From positions 85,436,001 to 85,500,000 of the forward strand of contig OZ024747.1 of assembly GCA_964016885.1 (NCBI GenBank): a stretch of DNA of 64,000 bases, in the 5' to 3' direction. Below are positions 14,659 through 29,295 of this stretch, in pieces; within the stretch, counting starts at the first letter, position 1; every line of letters begins with the position of its first letter. A model generated the notes under the pieces. The model worked only from the letters and a program-made list of their open reading frames with translations, was not told the origin of the DNA and searched no databases. Source of the stretch: Eledone cirrhosa (lineage: Eukaryota). The translations under genes and the position numbers were made by a program.

Positions 14659-15606
14659 CTTTAGGTTTGTTGGTTCACCATTGGATAAAATTGGTCATTC
14701 CGTATGGTCAATCTTGGTGTAATATTGTGGAGAGTACTCAACGTCGTGCAGTTCACCCGTCTTCGTTTGTGTACTTGGTGGTGCGAATACGGAGTTAATT
14801 ATAAATAAAATAACAGGAGGCTGGACTGGTGTAAATCCTTGAAAAGTTTATTATACTATGATCATTTTAATGACCGGGTTCCATATGAATGCGGTGATAT
14901 CATCAGGTATTGGAATATAACAAAGGCATATGTAAAAAACCATGGGTCCGAAAAATCAGAGACAGAGACAGAGAGGATGACTGACCAACTAGCTTTCACC
15001 TCGGCCAGTCGCCCTCAAAGTGATGGCAACTCAATCTACTAATGACCATCTGGTGAGGGGGCGAAGGCTTATAATGCACTACTACCTCTCCGTCAAAGAA
15101 AAAGGGGAAGAAAGAAAGGAAGAAAGAAGAAAAAAAGGAAGAAAGAAGTCGGCGTAAGGGTCACACTACAGTCATGCTAGAAAATGCCGCGAAAAATGCT
15201 GCTCCAAAGAATCTACATTTAACAAAGGCATATATAATGGGTGTCTGTATGGTCTAAAGTATGAACCGAAAATTGGAACGTTAAACTTATGTTACGAGTT
15301 ATAGGATGAAATTAAATTAAAAAATATTAAATTGCAAAATGATAAATTGAAAAATAAATTATTAGAAAATTAAAGGTTACGGTAGCGAGATTTATTTAAT
15401 GAACTTACAGAGAGAGTCTTATATGAAAAAGTTAATCTTATATGAAAAAAGTTCTAATGGAAATTCCGCGAATAACCGGTTGGGTTAAAAACCATTGATG
15501 ATTGCATAAATGATTACATAAATATGAACAAGAAAGATCAAAGCAAAATTAAGTAATCTGAAGGGGTAAAAAGGGCAGATCCGGTTGTATGGGAAAGTAG
15601 TATATA

Positions 15607-17644
15607 TGTAGCGAAATCTGTCCACGCCTTGAACGTTGGGTGACACCTAAAGGTCAAACTCTAGGTCACCACCCTTTTGGTGTGAACAGGTTCATGCGTG
15701 GGCTATCCTCTCAAGGTGGGAGACAGAAAGCGACAGGTATATAAATCCTGTATCAGCCCACTTTTATACAGAGAGATTGGAGCACCACGATACAGACCAG
15801 CTATGTGAAAGATTCACCGCTACCTTCAGGCCGCAGTGGTCTACAATCAACTACAGACCATTACTCTCTCACACTATGGTCTCAGACTACACCAGCCTCA
15901 TGAACCAACAACAAAAATAACATTGTCAACCTTCACAACTCGTGGTAATATGTTTATTGTTCTTTTTGATTGAAGTGAAGTAAACCTTTATATATAAATC
16001 GGCCATTCTTGTTATATATCATCTAATAACCATGTTAATCCATCCAACAATTTCTTACCAATACCCTTCGTTAAATTGGTGAACCCGACGTTATTAAAAA
16101 ATAAAAAAAATACGAAATGGTTTTTATAAAAAAGAAAACAACACGCAACCTTTTTCTACGATATAATAAAACTTCGCTTTTTCAAATTATTCACCAAACT
16201 TCCATTCTACGGAATATTTACAGTGACTTCGCTTTTATGTTTCGATTCATTGCCAAACATTCCACCACGTGCTTCGTAATCTCCAACAACAACAACAACA
16301 ACAGACAATACTACTAGCTTCCTAGCAAGAAAACTATCACATAAAAAAGAAAAAACTGAACTTTTGTAAAGAACAATTATATAAATATAAAATAAAATTT
16401 TTTTACAGGTTATAATATGAACGTTCATTTTTATTTTTTTATTCGTTTTACTGTATTATATGCCTGTATGAATATACACGTTTTGCATCAAACACACATC
16501 ATTTTCTTTGTCACACACCGACATTTTTTTGTATATGGTATATTCTGTATTCGGTTGGGTCTCTGCGAGATCACTTTTCAACTGGTCGAGGTTCGGCAAC
16601 AGCTATTAAACACATGATAAACAACCCACGGGTACTACTCGCTTGGACTCACTGAAGCACGCCTGGACTCACTGAAGCACGCCTGGACTCACTCAGGCAC
16701 GCAACTCAAAATTGCACACACTCATGTCATAGCGTAAACCTCGACTCGCTGGAAGAGAATCTTACGTATGGTGATACATCGAGAGAAATAGTCCTCTGTG
16801 TTATCATATCGTAATCCGATACCGTAATCCTAACGTTCAGCCATCCATACACAACAGTTCGAAATACATGATCACAACTTTGTATATTTACAGTTTCTTC
16901 TAAATGTTACACACACACATGCATACACAGTTATACGATAGATTTTTTTTTCTCTCTCCAAATTTCTCTACAGTCGAAATGCGGGCGCAGTACCCACATT
17001 TTGTGTGTTTTGGGAAATGCTTCTGGAATCAGATTTCGCTACCCCTTTTATAATCGATCGCTGCTCCTGCATCGATCTGGGTAGAGAACTAATGTAGCAA
17101 AATCTGTCCACGCCTTGAACCTTGGGTGACACCTAAATGTCAAACTCTAGGTGACCACCCTTTTGGTGTAAGCAGGTTCATGCGTGGGCTATCCCCTCAA
17201 GGTGGGAGACAGAAAGCGACAGGTATATAAAGCTTGTATCATCCCACGTTAATACAGAGAGTTCGGAGAACCACGATACAGACCAGCTATGTGAAAGATT
17301 CACCGCTACCTTCAGGCCGCAGTGGTCAACAGAAATACAGAGAGATCGGAGCATTACGCTAGCAACAAGCTATGTAAAGATTACCGCTATCTACTGGCTA
17401 CAGTGGTCTACAGTCAACTACAGACCATTACTTTCTTTCTCTCTCTTGGTCGCAGACTACACCAGCCTCATGAACCAACAACAAAAATAACATTGTTAAC
17501 CTTCGCAACTAATGATAATATGTTTAGTGTATATTTTGACTGAAGTAAATCTTTATATATAAAGTAAATCGGCCATTCTTGTTATTACATTAACAAGCAT
17601 ATTATAATAACATCTAACAATTTCTTTCTTTAACCTTCGTTAAA
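15607..17644 (+). mobile_element. Non-autonomous LTR retrotransposon (TRIM/LARD-like, probably Gypsy-derived) inserted in TATA
   Basis: Direct repeats 15607-16075 and 17093-17644 start TGTAGC and end TTCGTTAAA; PBS-like TGGTGAACCCGACGT at 16077; purine-rich gggtagagaa before LTR2; ~1 kb interior with no gag/pol; tata on both flanks. Confidence 0.85.
16077..16091 (+). promoter_or_regulatory. Primer-binding site, best matching the tRNA-Trp 3' end
   Basis: TGGTGAACCCGACGT versus recalled tRNA-Trp PBS TGGTGACCCCGACGT, 1 nt after LTR1. Confidence 0.65.
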
Positions 17645-17743
17645 TATATATATATATATACATAGGAAAATGTATGACCCCGGCGGGAGAGCTCAAGCCG
17701 TTTCGACGGCTATTTCTGGACTAAATTTCGTCCAGAAATAGCC

Positions 17744-17807
<64 letters not shown>

Positions 17808-17846
17808 AATGTTAACCAATGAAAAATATTCACATAATCAAAATAT

Positions 17847-18159
17847 ATACCTTATAAATTGATTAATCTTCTCTGTATATATTTCATTAAAGAAATATAT
17901 TTCACCATCAATCGATCTGTAAACCACAGTAGCCCAATACCGGATTTTCAAGCTGGTACGATGTCTGTATTTAAAAAAAATGTAACACGTGCTGCTAGTC
18001 ATTCGCAGATTCGAATTTGTTGTTTAAACACAGATAGTTAAATCTTCTCCCTTGTTGAAAATTCAGGATTTGGCTACTGGGGTTTACCGATCGATTGATG
18101 GTGAAATATATTTCTTTAATGAAATATATACAAGGAAGATTAATCAATTTATAAGGTAT
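17847..18159. mobile_element. MITE-like inverted repeat (~105 bp arms)
   Basis: ataccttataaattgattaatctt...aaatatatttcaccatcaatcgatc is mirrored at 18048-18159. Confidence 0.75.
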
Positions 18160-18369
18160 CTATTTTTAAAGTTCTAGTTAAACTTTAATTAGTTACCTAC
18201 CTAGCTATGTGTGCTTACACACTTTTACAAATTATTCCCTGTGATTGTTTCATATGTTTATTTTAGATATATATATATATATGTCAATCAATTTCTAGTT
18301 GATATATATTGAAAAAAGTGTGATCGTTAGAAAACGTTCTCTACATATGTTATATAAGGAAAATGGTGG

Positions 18370-18551
18370 TGGTTTGGCAGTATCGGTAGAGGGTCGGACA
18401 ACATGCTTTGTAGCACAGAGTTACGCCCCTTTCTGATCTGAGTTCAAATCCTGCCGAGGTTAACTTTGCCTTTCATCCTTACAGGGTCGATAAAATAAAG
18501 TACCAGTAATGCACTGGGTAATTGCTGGCCTTGTGCCAAAAGTAGAAACAG
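18370..18551 (+). mobile_element. tRNA-type SINE, near full length
   Basis: Head with B-box gagttcaaatcc, body gtcgataaaataaagtaccag, tail ggccttgtgccaaaagtagaaac; ttatataaggaaaat on both sides resembles a TSD. Confidence 0.8.
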
Positions 18552-18628
18552 TTATATAAGGAAAATAATTTTAAAAAGAGTTTGAAAAGCGCATCTGGTG
18601 TATATATAAAAAGGATCTTTATAACATC

Positions 18629-18721
18629 GAGGTTTGGTAGTGTTTTGCATCCGCATTCTTCTATATGTTTGCTTAGATGGATCTTTCTAGTATAGGGGGT
18701 TCTTATTTGCTGCCCATGGAC
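18629..18721 (-). pseudogene. Probable Penelope-like element GIY-YIG-region fragment
   Basis: Hand translation VHGQQIRTPYTRKIHLSKHIEECG resembles the recalled HRQQIR...LSxHL segment of PLE endonucleases. Confidence 0.45.
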
Positions 18722-18921
18722 AGGTTATGACATAAATTAAGTTTTACGAGTTGCACGAGAGCTTATTCTAAATTTATTCTAAAGAAATTATTTGAAACTC
18801 AGCATGCAGAAGTTTTAACGAAAAAAGAATTTGACCTAATAACAAACATTTTGAACATCCAAAAACGGAGAAAGCAAGCGGGCTTTGCTAAGATAAATTT
18901 TTAATACATACTATAAAGATC

Positions 18922-18976
<55 letters not shown>

Positions 18977-18979
<3 letters not shown>

Positions 18980-19248
18980 AATGAATAATAACAGGTAGAC
19001 ATCATAAAAAGGTAATTTATTCCGTGTGCTTAAAAGTGTTTCCACGGTGGTACTACAGCCTAGTTATGCTATGTGCAAATTCACAAGTACTTGCAGAACT
19101 CAAATATCCAATGCTGTGACCACTGTTTCCTCAGAGCAGAATCATTCTGCTCTGAGGAAACAGTGGTCACAGTAGTACCACCGTGGAAACACTTGTAAGC
19201 ACACGGAATAAATTACCTTTTTATGATGTCTACCTGTTATTATTCATT

Positions 19249-19251
<3 letters not shown>
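18977..19251. mobile_element. Fold-back PLE terminus between two (TA)n tracts, with CUGAGGA-core hammerhead (+ copy 19148-19201)
   Basis: tgct-CTGAGGA-...-GAAA-cacttg-TA-agca; arms are reverse complements and the right arm lacks ~60 bp of the stem II loop; same family as 29448-30214. Confidence 0.7.
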
Positions 19252-19285
<34 letters not shown>

Positions 19286-19776
19286 AATGGAAGTACCGCA
19301 TATTCGAAGCTTGAGCCGCAGCTAAGCCGACGAATGCATTCAGAAGTGCAGCCAAGCAGTCGACGAGGTTTAAAGGGCTTTGCAAATTGAAGATAGCGAC
19401 CGGCAATTCAGCCGCGGGGTCCGTAGTAACGAATGAACTGACTCGCGAGAAAAAATACATACATATATGCATATACATATATACACATATATATAAATAT
19501 ATATATATAGAGAGAGAGAGATAGATAGATACATCTAGATGTAGATATAGATGTATATACATATAACTACAGCTGCCACTCACAAACGAGTATAACTTAG
19601 AAGAATGTTCCATGCTTTCGCTAAGGGTTAGGTGGCTATACAGTCGCGGCCCCTCTTTCGATACTCCTTCATAGACCACGAAAGGATGAAAAGCAAAGTG
19701 GACAGGGGCGGGATTTGAACTCAGCAGAGACCCGGAACAAGTCTATAACGCTGTAACGACTCTGCCCCCCCCCCCC

Positions 19777-19875
<99 letters not shown>

Positions 19876-20076
19876 GATAGATATTCAAAGCTCTTTATCT
19901 ATCTATCTAAGAATTTATTGATCCATTGATTTACTTACCTTCTTCCCTTTATCGATCACCTGTTATACTCCTCCACCTTTTCCCTATCTGCCTTACTCCC
20001 TACTCCATATATATCATTCTACATTCATATACATACACACACATGTGCACTCATACACACACACACACACACACGC

Positions 20077-20184
<108 letters not shown>

Positions 20185-20336
20185 CAGTAAGACACCTGTG
20201 AGACATGACAAGGTAGACCAAGCGAGTCAGAATGAGTCATCTACTTCAAATAAACAAATTAATTCACAGAAGTCTCCCTCTTTCTCTCCCTCTCTTTCCT
20301 CTCTCTCCCTCCATTCCTTTCTATCTCTCGCTCTCG

Positions 20337-20406
<70 letters not shown>

Positions 20407-20409
<3 letters not shown>

Positions 20410-20597
20410 TCTTTTATTTGCCACAAGGGCATCAAAAGTGGGACAAGTACAAAGGGGGGAGTTTACAAAACAAGGCGTCCTCAATAGGGAGGAGGCAATA
20501 ACAATATATAAAAATAAAATAAAATATAACAAAAAGTAGAATTATAACAAAATCCTCAATAGAGAGGAGGCGCCTTGGGGGGTCGCACACACCCCCG

Positions 20598-20600
<3 letters not shown>
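20407..20600 (-). mobile_element. Tx1-type LINE 3' UTR fragment inside (TA)n
   Basis: Reverse complement tttcgggggtgtgtgcgaccc...gtaaactcccccctttgta...gtggcaaataaaagaaa matches 34189-34332. Confidence 0.82.
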
Positions 20601-20634
<34 letters not shown>

Positions 20635-20787
20635 AACATAAATTATCGAGATTCGCATTTCGGCCCACGAAATAACGAAAAACAACCTCCGAGATGTGAG
20701 ATATATATTATATATATTTATATATATATATATATATACATATATATATGTATATATACATATATATATGTATATGTGTTTATACAT

Positions 20788-20880
<93 letters not shown>

Positions 20881-20931
20881 CATATATATATATACATATA
20901 TATATCTATATACACACACATATATATATAC

Positions 20932-21019
<88 letters not shown>

Positions 21020-21257
21020 ATATATATATTTATATATATGTCAACATACATATATATATATACTCTCCTCACCCCCACACATATATAGAGAAGAAGAGAG
21101 GGATGGAGCGATATCAATGAAATCGATAGCTATTAAAGAATCTTTCTCAGTTATCGATAGATATTTCCGGTATAAACCTTTCAACAGAACCTACATATTA
21201 TCGGGTATTGATTAATCGGAAACAGTAAACAGAACAGCTGCATCTGTATTAGTTGCA

Positions 21258-21262
21258 GTACT

Positions 21263-21317
<55 letters not shown>

Positions 21318-21334
21318 TTACTACTACTACTACC

Positions 21335-21366
<32 letters not shown>

Positions 21367-21461
21367 CACTACTACTACTACTACTACTATTACTATTACT
21401 ACTACCACCACTACTACCACCACTACTACCACCACTACTACCACCACTACTACCACCACTA

Positions 21462-21534
<73 letters not shown>

Positions 21535-21558
21535 CACCACCACAACAACAACAACAAT

Positions 21559-21614
<56 letters not shown>

Positions 21615-22775
21615 ACTACTACTACTACCACCACTACCACCACTACTAACACTACTACTAATACCATCACCACCACTACCACTACTACCACTACTACTAC
21701 TACCACTACCACCACTATTACCACTACTACCATTACCACCACTACCACCACTAAAACTACTACCACCACTACCACTACCTCCACTACTACTATCACTACT
21801 ACCACCACTACCACCACTACCACAACTACTACCACTACTACCACTACTACCACCACTACCACCACTACTACCACTACTACCACTACTACCACTACCACTA
21901 CTACTACCACTACCACCGCTACGACAACTACCACTACTACCCCCACAACCACCACTACCACCACAACCATCAGAACCATCACCACCACTAGCACCACTAG
22001 CACCACTACTACCACTACTACTACTACCACTACCACCACTACTACAACTACCACCACTACTACAACTACCACTACTACCACCACAACCATCACAACCATC
22101 ACCACCACTACCACCACAACCACCACTACCTCCACTAATACTACTACCACTACCACCATTACTACCACTCCTACCACTATCATCACTATTACCACTACTA
22201 CCATCACCACCACTCTACCACCACTACTACCACTACTATTACTACCACTACCTCCATTACTACCACTCCTACCACTACCACCACTATTACCACTACTACC
22301 ATCACCACCACTACCACCACTAACACCACTACCACCCCTACCACTACCACCACTACTACTACCACTACTACCACCACTACCACCACTACTACCACTAACA
22401 ACAACCACCATCAACTATATCGCCACCACCACCACTACCACCATCACCATAAGCAGCTCACCACCACCACCACCACCACCACCACCATCACCATAATCAG
22501 CTACACCACCACCACCACCATCACCATAATCAGCTGCACCACCACCACCACGACCACCATCACCATCACCATAATCAGTTGCCCCACCACCACCATCACT
22601 AAAATCATCTGCATAACAGCAACCATCGCCATCATCAACTACACCACCACCATCACCACCACCACCACCACCAAGATCACCGTCTTCAACAGCACCTCCA
22701 CCCGCACCATCAACTAACATCATCACTATTAGTTGCATCACCATCATCAACACCATCAGAACGATCGACCCCACC
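21258..22775. repeat. (CTA)n/(CCA)n trinucleotide low-complexity tract; similar tracts at 25213-25862, 37950-38580, 57335-57565
   Basis: Directly visible; explains the poly-V/S/H/T/P ORFs. Confidence 0.93.
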
Positions 22776-22960
22776 ACACTGTTCATCAGTTAGCTTAGAC
22801 TCGACAATCTCCCTATATCTCTTTGTCATTTAGCATAGAGTTTACCGGGGAGGTTTAACAAGGAGATCCCTCTATAATTGGAGCAATCTCTCTTGTCCCT
22901 TTTTGAAAATTGGGATTATCGCTCCCTACTACCATTGTTTAGGTGCCTTTCCAGATATGG
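22776..22960 (-). pseudogene. Degenerate non-LTR reverse transcriptase fragment (RTE/CR1-like)
   Basis: Hand translation SGKAPKQW**GAIIPIFKKG/KRDCSNYRGISLLNLPGKLYAK*/RYREIVESKLTDEQCG, the RT N-terminal NYRGISL motif with stops and frameshifts. Confidence 0.85.
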
Positions 22961-23289
22961 GGAAATAACTCTCATACCATCTCCAAGTCAGGGGACAACT
23001 CTTGTATCATCTTCTGTACCTCTAAGACAGACGCCCACACTTATATTATCTGTATTATCCTTACGACTGACTAGAATGAATCCCAGTGGCTTGCTAGAAT
23101 TAGGGGGTCTGTCAATGATTTTTTCTACTGACCCGTGTTACTTTCGTTGTGGGGTTCCAATAGTTAGAAGAAACATGAAATACCTTTATGTAAAGACTGT
23201 CAGCCATGCCTTAAAGAGATCCAAGCCGGAACTTATGAGATTAAAGAAGTCTTGATATATAATACTTCATTGAAGTACATATAACTTGC

Positions 23290-24937
23290 AGCATTATCAC
23301 CCAAATATCTCCCCGCCTCACCACCACACTATCAGCCATACTTTCACCCCATACAACATTATCACCCAAGTATCTCCCCGCCTCACCACCACACTATCAG
23401 CCATACTTTCACCCCATACAACATTATCACCCAAGTATCTCCCCGCCTCACCACCACACTATCAGCCATACTTTCACCCCATACAACATTATCACCCAAG
23501 TATCTCCCCGCCTCACCACCACACTATCAGCCATACTTTCACCCCATACAACATTATCACCCAAATATCTCCCCGCCTCACCACCACACTATCAGCCATA
23601 CCTTCACCCCATACAACATTATCACCCAAATATCTCCCCGCCTCACCACCACACTATCAGCCATACCTTCACCCCATACAACATTATCACCCAAATATCT
23701 CCCCGCCTCACCACCACACTATCAGCCATACTTTCACCCCATACAACATTATCACCCAAGTATCTCCCCGCCTCACCACCACATTATCAGCCATACTTTC
23801 ACCCCATACAACATTATCACCCAAATATCTCCCCGCCTCACCACCACACTATCAGCCATACCTTCACCCCATACAACATTATCACCCAAGTATCTCCCCG
23901 CCTCACCACCACACTATCAGCCATACCTTCACCCCATACAACATTATCACCCAAATATCTCCCCGCCTCACCACCACACTATCAGCCATACTTTCACCCC
24001 ATACAACATTATCACCCAAGTATCTCCCTGCCTCACCACCACACTATCAGCCATACCTTCACCCCATACAACATTATCACCCAAATATCTCCCCTCCTCA
24101 CCACCACACTATCAGCCATACCTTCACCCCATACAACATTATCACCCAAGTATCTCCCCGCCTCACCACCACACTATCAGCCATACCTTCACCCCATACA
24201 ACATTATCACCCAAGTATCTCCCCGCCTCACCACCACACTATCAGCCATACCTTCACCCCATACAACATTATCACCCAAGTATCTCCCCGCCTCACCACC
24301 ACACTATCAGCCATACCTTCACCCCATACAACATTATCACCCAAGTATCTCCCCGCCTCACCACCACACTATCAGCCATACCTTCACCCCATACAACATT
24401 ATCACCCAAGTATCTCCCCGCCTCACCACCACACTATCAGCCATGCCTTCACCCCATACAACATTATCACCCAAGTATCTCCCCGCCTCACCACCACACT
24501 ATCAGCCATACCTTCACCCCATACAACATTATCACCCAAGTATCTCCCCTCCTCACCACCACACTATCAGCCATACCTTCACCCCATACAACATTATCAC
24601 CCAAGTATCTCCCCGCCTCACCACCACACTATCAGCCATACCTTCACCCCATACAACATTATCACCCAAATATCTCCCCGCCTCACCACTACACTATCAG
24701 CCATACCTTCACCCCATACAACATTATCACCCAAATATCTCCCCGCCTCACCACCACACTATTAGCCATACTTTCACCCCATACAACATTATCACCCAAA
24801 TATCTCCCCGCCTCACCACTACACTATCAGCCATACCTTCACCCCATACAACATTATCACTCAAATATCTCCCCTCCTCACCACCACACTATCAACCATA
24901 CCTTCACCCCATACAACATTATCACCCAAATATCTCC
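23290..24937. repeat. 65-bp minisatellite, ~25 copies
   Basis: cattatcac recurs at 23292, 23357, etc.; the 564-aa ORF cycles through all three frames of the unit. Confidence 0.96.
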
Positions 24938-26144
24938 CACTCCACCCCACCACCCTCTCATTGTCATTAAACCACAATGAAACAATTAGCTAAAAAAACT
25001 AGATTGATCGATCTATCAATAAAAAAAAAACGGAATAAAAAGAAAGACTCACCTGATCATCGATTAGAATGATCAAAACGAAATATATTGATTGGAGTCG
25101 GATGAGGTTAGGCATCACACCCACTTCAATCGATCGCCTAACCACCCTAAACATCCACACCCACTACCACCAACATAATATCCACAGTCACTTGATAACT
25201 ATCCTAAATATTGCCACAACTGATACCACCACCACCACCACCACCACCGACCAACATCACCATCACTACCACCATACCACCACCACCATCACCACCAACG
25301 CCACCACTGACCACCACCACCACAACCACCACCGACCACCACCATCACTACCATCACAACCACCACCACCACCACCACCACCACCACCACCACTATCACC
25401 ACCACTATCACTACCACCACTATCACCACCACCACCACCACCACTACCACCACTACTACCACCACCATCACTACCACTACTTCCGACCACTACCGCTACC
25501 ACCACCACCACTACCATCACAACCACACCACCACCACCACCACCACTGCCAGCACCACCGACCACTACCACCACCACCACTACCGACCATTACCACCACT
25601 ACCACTACCACCACTACCGACCGACCGCCACCACCACTACCACCACCACCACCACCACCGACCACCACCATCGCTACCATCACAACCACCACCACCACCA
25701 CTACCACCACCACCACCACCACTACTACTCTATCCCATTAGCACCACCATCCCTACCACACCACCACCATCCCCACCACACCACCATCCCCACCATCCCT
25801 ACCATCTACTCCACACCAAACCACCACCACCCATACCACACAGCCACCAACCCCACCACCAACATCATACCCCTCCAATAAAAAACGACATATATATATA
25901 ATGAAATATAATTGATAGAGTGACGATCTCAGTCACTATCGATGAATGCTGCAGAATTTCCAATTATATTGCAGATCGATAATCATTATAGATTTATTAC
26001 CGTGATGTATATGTATTGATTATCATTGATGAAAGTAGAACAGCATTGACTCAAACAGCCACACTTGACCACACCTGACCATACCTGATAACACCTGATT
26101 ACACACAATCACACCTGTGATGATTCATACATCTTACTAGTTAC

Positions 26145-26435
26145 TGGCTTCGATTTAGAGTGTTCGGCTTGTCAGGTCACGAGTTCGGATTTTGGTAACG
26201 AGTTGTGTCCTTGAACCAAACACTTTATTTCGCGTTGCTGAAGTTCACACAGTTGCCAAAAATTGAGTTGTATCAGTAATTGAAAGGTTCAGTTTTGTCA
26301 CATATTGTGTCTCGCTGAATCTTCCTGAGAAATACGTTGAGTACAACTCATAGTGAAATTCTCAGCCAATTACACGTTAATTTCACAAGCAAGCTGTTCC
26401 GTTGGTTAAACAACTGAAACACTCGTCCTCGGAAC
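26145..26435 (+). mobile_element. Old tRNA-headed SINE of a second family; fragment also at ~44570-44680
   Basis: B-box-like gagttcggatt, core-like gttgtgtccttgaaccaaacacttta; shared tcgctgaatct...cagccaattacacgttaattt. Confidence 0.55.
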
Positions 26436-26497
26436 TAATAAATGCCAAACAAATGCAAAAACAACACGTATTTGTAGAATGCCCAGTCACTTGCACG

Positions 26498-26549
<52 letters not shown>

Positions 26550-26645
26550 TATATTTAAAGGTTAAACAAGGTTCAATGAATAAATCAAAGAATGAGTTTT
26601 ACAATAGATTGGAAGCATTCAACAGATTTGGTTTTCCGGAGTTAT

Positions 26646-26952
26646 TAATATTAATTCAAAATATTAACAAAAATAGACATTCGTGTGTTCAAGTATATTT
26701 TATTATACATATTTCAGAGGTATTGAGCTAACTTCAACAGTACGTCCTCATCAGATAAAATAAGATGATGCATGTCATACCCTGACATAGTAGATGGTTA
26801 AGATTCAGTCATGGTAGTATGTCAGGGTATGTCATACATCATCTTATTTTATCTGATGAGGACGTACTGTTGAAGTTAGCTCAGTACCTCTGATATATGT
26901 ATAATAAAATATACTCGATCACACGAATGTCTATTTTTGTTAATATTTTGAA

Positions 26953-26960
<8 letters not shown>
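26646..26960. ncRNA. Fold-back with two opposed hammerhead motifs (intact - strand 26696-26762; + copy has GATA for GAAA)
   Basis: Minus strand: tattttat-CTGATGA-stem II-GAAA-tatgta-TA-ataaaata; ~145 bp inverted arms, the right arm ending in (TA)n. Confidence 0.75.
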
Positions 26961-27029
<69 letters not shown>

Positions 27030-27052
27030 AATAAACAACATAAGACAATTAT

Positions 27053-27123
27053 TCCATTTACCAAAGGTTTCACGAAGGCAGACGAACTCGGCACAGACGT
27101 CTGAAATCGTTCGTCAGAATGAA
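27053..27123 (-). ncRNA. Type I hammerhead ribozyme motif (GUA site); degenerate relative at ~55195-55265
   Basis: ttcatt-CTGACGA-acga..cagacg..cgtctg..tcgt-GAAA-cctttgg-TA-aatgga; all three stems pair; lies within a fold-back 27029-27160. Confidence 0.8.
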
Positions 27124-27231
27124 ATTTGGTAAATGGAATAATTGTCTTATGTTGTTTATTACATAACTAAATAGCTCTGTAGCCTACATAGAGCACTCTC
27201 CTTTCATTTACCTTTCCTACGGAAACACTTA

Positions 27232-27262
<31 letters not shown>

Positions 27263-27960
27263 GTTTCCGTAGGAAAGGTAAAGGAAAGGAGAGCGCTCTA
27301 TGTAGGCTAATAAACAATATAATTACTCCATTCACCAAATTTCATTCTGACGAACGATATATATATATATAATATATTATAAAGAAAGAAGAAATATTAG
27401 ACATAAATAAAAAATATATATATACTCAATATTCTTCTACATCCTCGACTGCGCAGTTTCGTGGCTACTATGCAAAAACATTACATCATAGAGATGCAGT
27501 ATTTTTGTGAGGTTTGCCAACTTATCAAGAGAATACCCCATTTAAATTTCAAAACACGTCCGCAAGGCGTGAGAAAGAATCCCGGAAAGGCGGAGAGAGA
27601 ACGTATCACGTGATACAGCGGACAAGAAACAGAGTTAAGCCTCTTGCAACAAAGAGAAAACTACCACAAATGGCAGAGGGGGTATTAATATTTAGGCCAC
27701 AGACGAGCTGGCTAAGGAGGGCTAGAAGTGTAAATAGTGTAAGCTTGACAGCAGTCACTATACTTCTGTGGTTACTCAACCGTAGGGAGTATAGACAATA
27801 AAAAGAAATACACAGATACATGCGAATACATACATATACATGCATATACACACATATATCCCTGAATTTGTGTGGTGCTAACCTTAACCGTTGTTGCTCT
27901 ATGATTAATAGGGACAAAATAATCTGAATGAATTAGATTGACTCAATATCAGAGAAACAC

Positions 27961-28017
<57 letters not shown>

Positions 28018-28321
28018 ATAATAATAAATTTGAAGAGTAAAATCCAAAGAGAGCTCGATAAGGATAAATATATATCAAATATATAAGAACCGTAGAGCAA
28101 AGATTTATTAAAATAACAGATTAAAGTTTAAGCAAAGAATCGCTGCTTTCACCCTTAACGGGATCTTCTGAAATATATATATATATATATATATAATACA
28201 TTATAAAGAAAGAAGAAACATTAGACATAAACAAAAAAATATATATACCCAAATATATTCGACATCCTCGACTGCGCAGTTTCGTGGCTACTATGCAAAA
28301 ACATTACATCACATATATATA

Positions 28322-28424
<103 letters not shown>

Positions 28425-28510
28425 GTAGGAGGTGAGTTTTATTGTAGTACAATAAAGCAATGCAGATATCGGATAAGAAGCACTCTACAGTTTGTGGGAC
28501 TGGAGTATGC

Positions 28511-28841
28511 ATAATATAAGATCAAAAGATGGTTAAAGGAGTTCAATATATTTTATTATGCGCATTTCAAAAACAAACATCATCAAACAATAATATTTGT
28601 GTTTTCATCAGATAAAACAGGAGAACATGATATGAAGGCTAAAAAAAACACTTGTTGATAGTGCAGTTGATATGTTGATATGTTGATTTAAAACTGCACT
28701 ATCAACAAGTGTTTTTTTTAGCCTTCATATCATGTTCTCCTGTTTTATCTGATGAAAACACAAATATTATTGTTTGATGATGTTTGTTTTTGAAATGCGC
28801 ATAATAAAATATATTGAACTCCTTTAACCATCTTTTGATCT

Positions 28842-28850
<9 letters not shown>
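28511..28850. ncRNA. Perfect fold-back with two hammerhead motifs (- 28549-28619; + 28741-28811)
   Basis: tgttttat-CTGATGA-aaac..gttttt-GAAA-tgcgca-TA-ataaaata; palindromic stem III AUGCGCAU; ~158 bp arms with ~24 bp spacer. Confidence 0.8.
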
Positions 28851-28913
<63 letters not shown>

Positions 28914-29021
28914 AGCAAAAAAGTGTTGGTAAAATCCAGTACTTCAGTGTGCGGATAGAGAGCACTCAGCGAAGATATAGATTCCGGAGTTATAATAGTG
29001 ACGAAACATAATCCTTTATTT

Positions 29022-29077
29022 ACCGCTATATATATTTCGATGATAGCCATACAATGGCTATGACCTCATCAGGCAGT
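29022..29077 (-). ncRNA. Type I hammerhead ribozyme motif, with partial inverted copy at 29174-29250
   Basis: actgc-CTGATGA-ggtcatagccat/atggctatcatc-GAAA-tatata-TA-gcggt, followed by AATAAA. Confidence 0.8.
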
Positions 29078-29244
29078 TAGTAAGTTCTTAGATATGCCAG
29101 CTCTGGGTTTTTGGTGTTGATGGTTTTAGAGCCTTGACATGCATGTCCCAAGGCTCTAAAACCATCAACATAGTATGGCTATCATCGAAATATATATAGC
29201 GGTAAATAAAGGATTATGAGTTCATACAATTGACTTATGTTTCG

Positions 29245-29295
<51 letters not shown>

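Noticed and set aside
15607-17644. LTR retrozyme (hammerhead within the LTRs)
   Set aside because: No CUGANGA...GAAA core seen in either LTR.
19283-19450. CpG-rich 170-bp patch as an exon; likewise 31190-31430 and 14670-14810
   Set aside because: No convincing splice-site pair or recognisable protein; probably unclassified repeat fragments.
21212-22786. Poly-V/S/G ORFs resembling structural proteins
   Set aside because: Translations of (CTA)/(CCA) microsatellites.
22878-23255. 125-aa + strand ORF
   Set aside because: Antisense shadow of the - strand LINE RT remnant.
23286-24980. 564-aa H/P/T-rich ORF
   Set aside because: Read-through of a 65-bp unit (not a multiple of 3) cycling all frames; non-ATG start.
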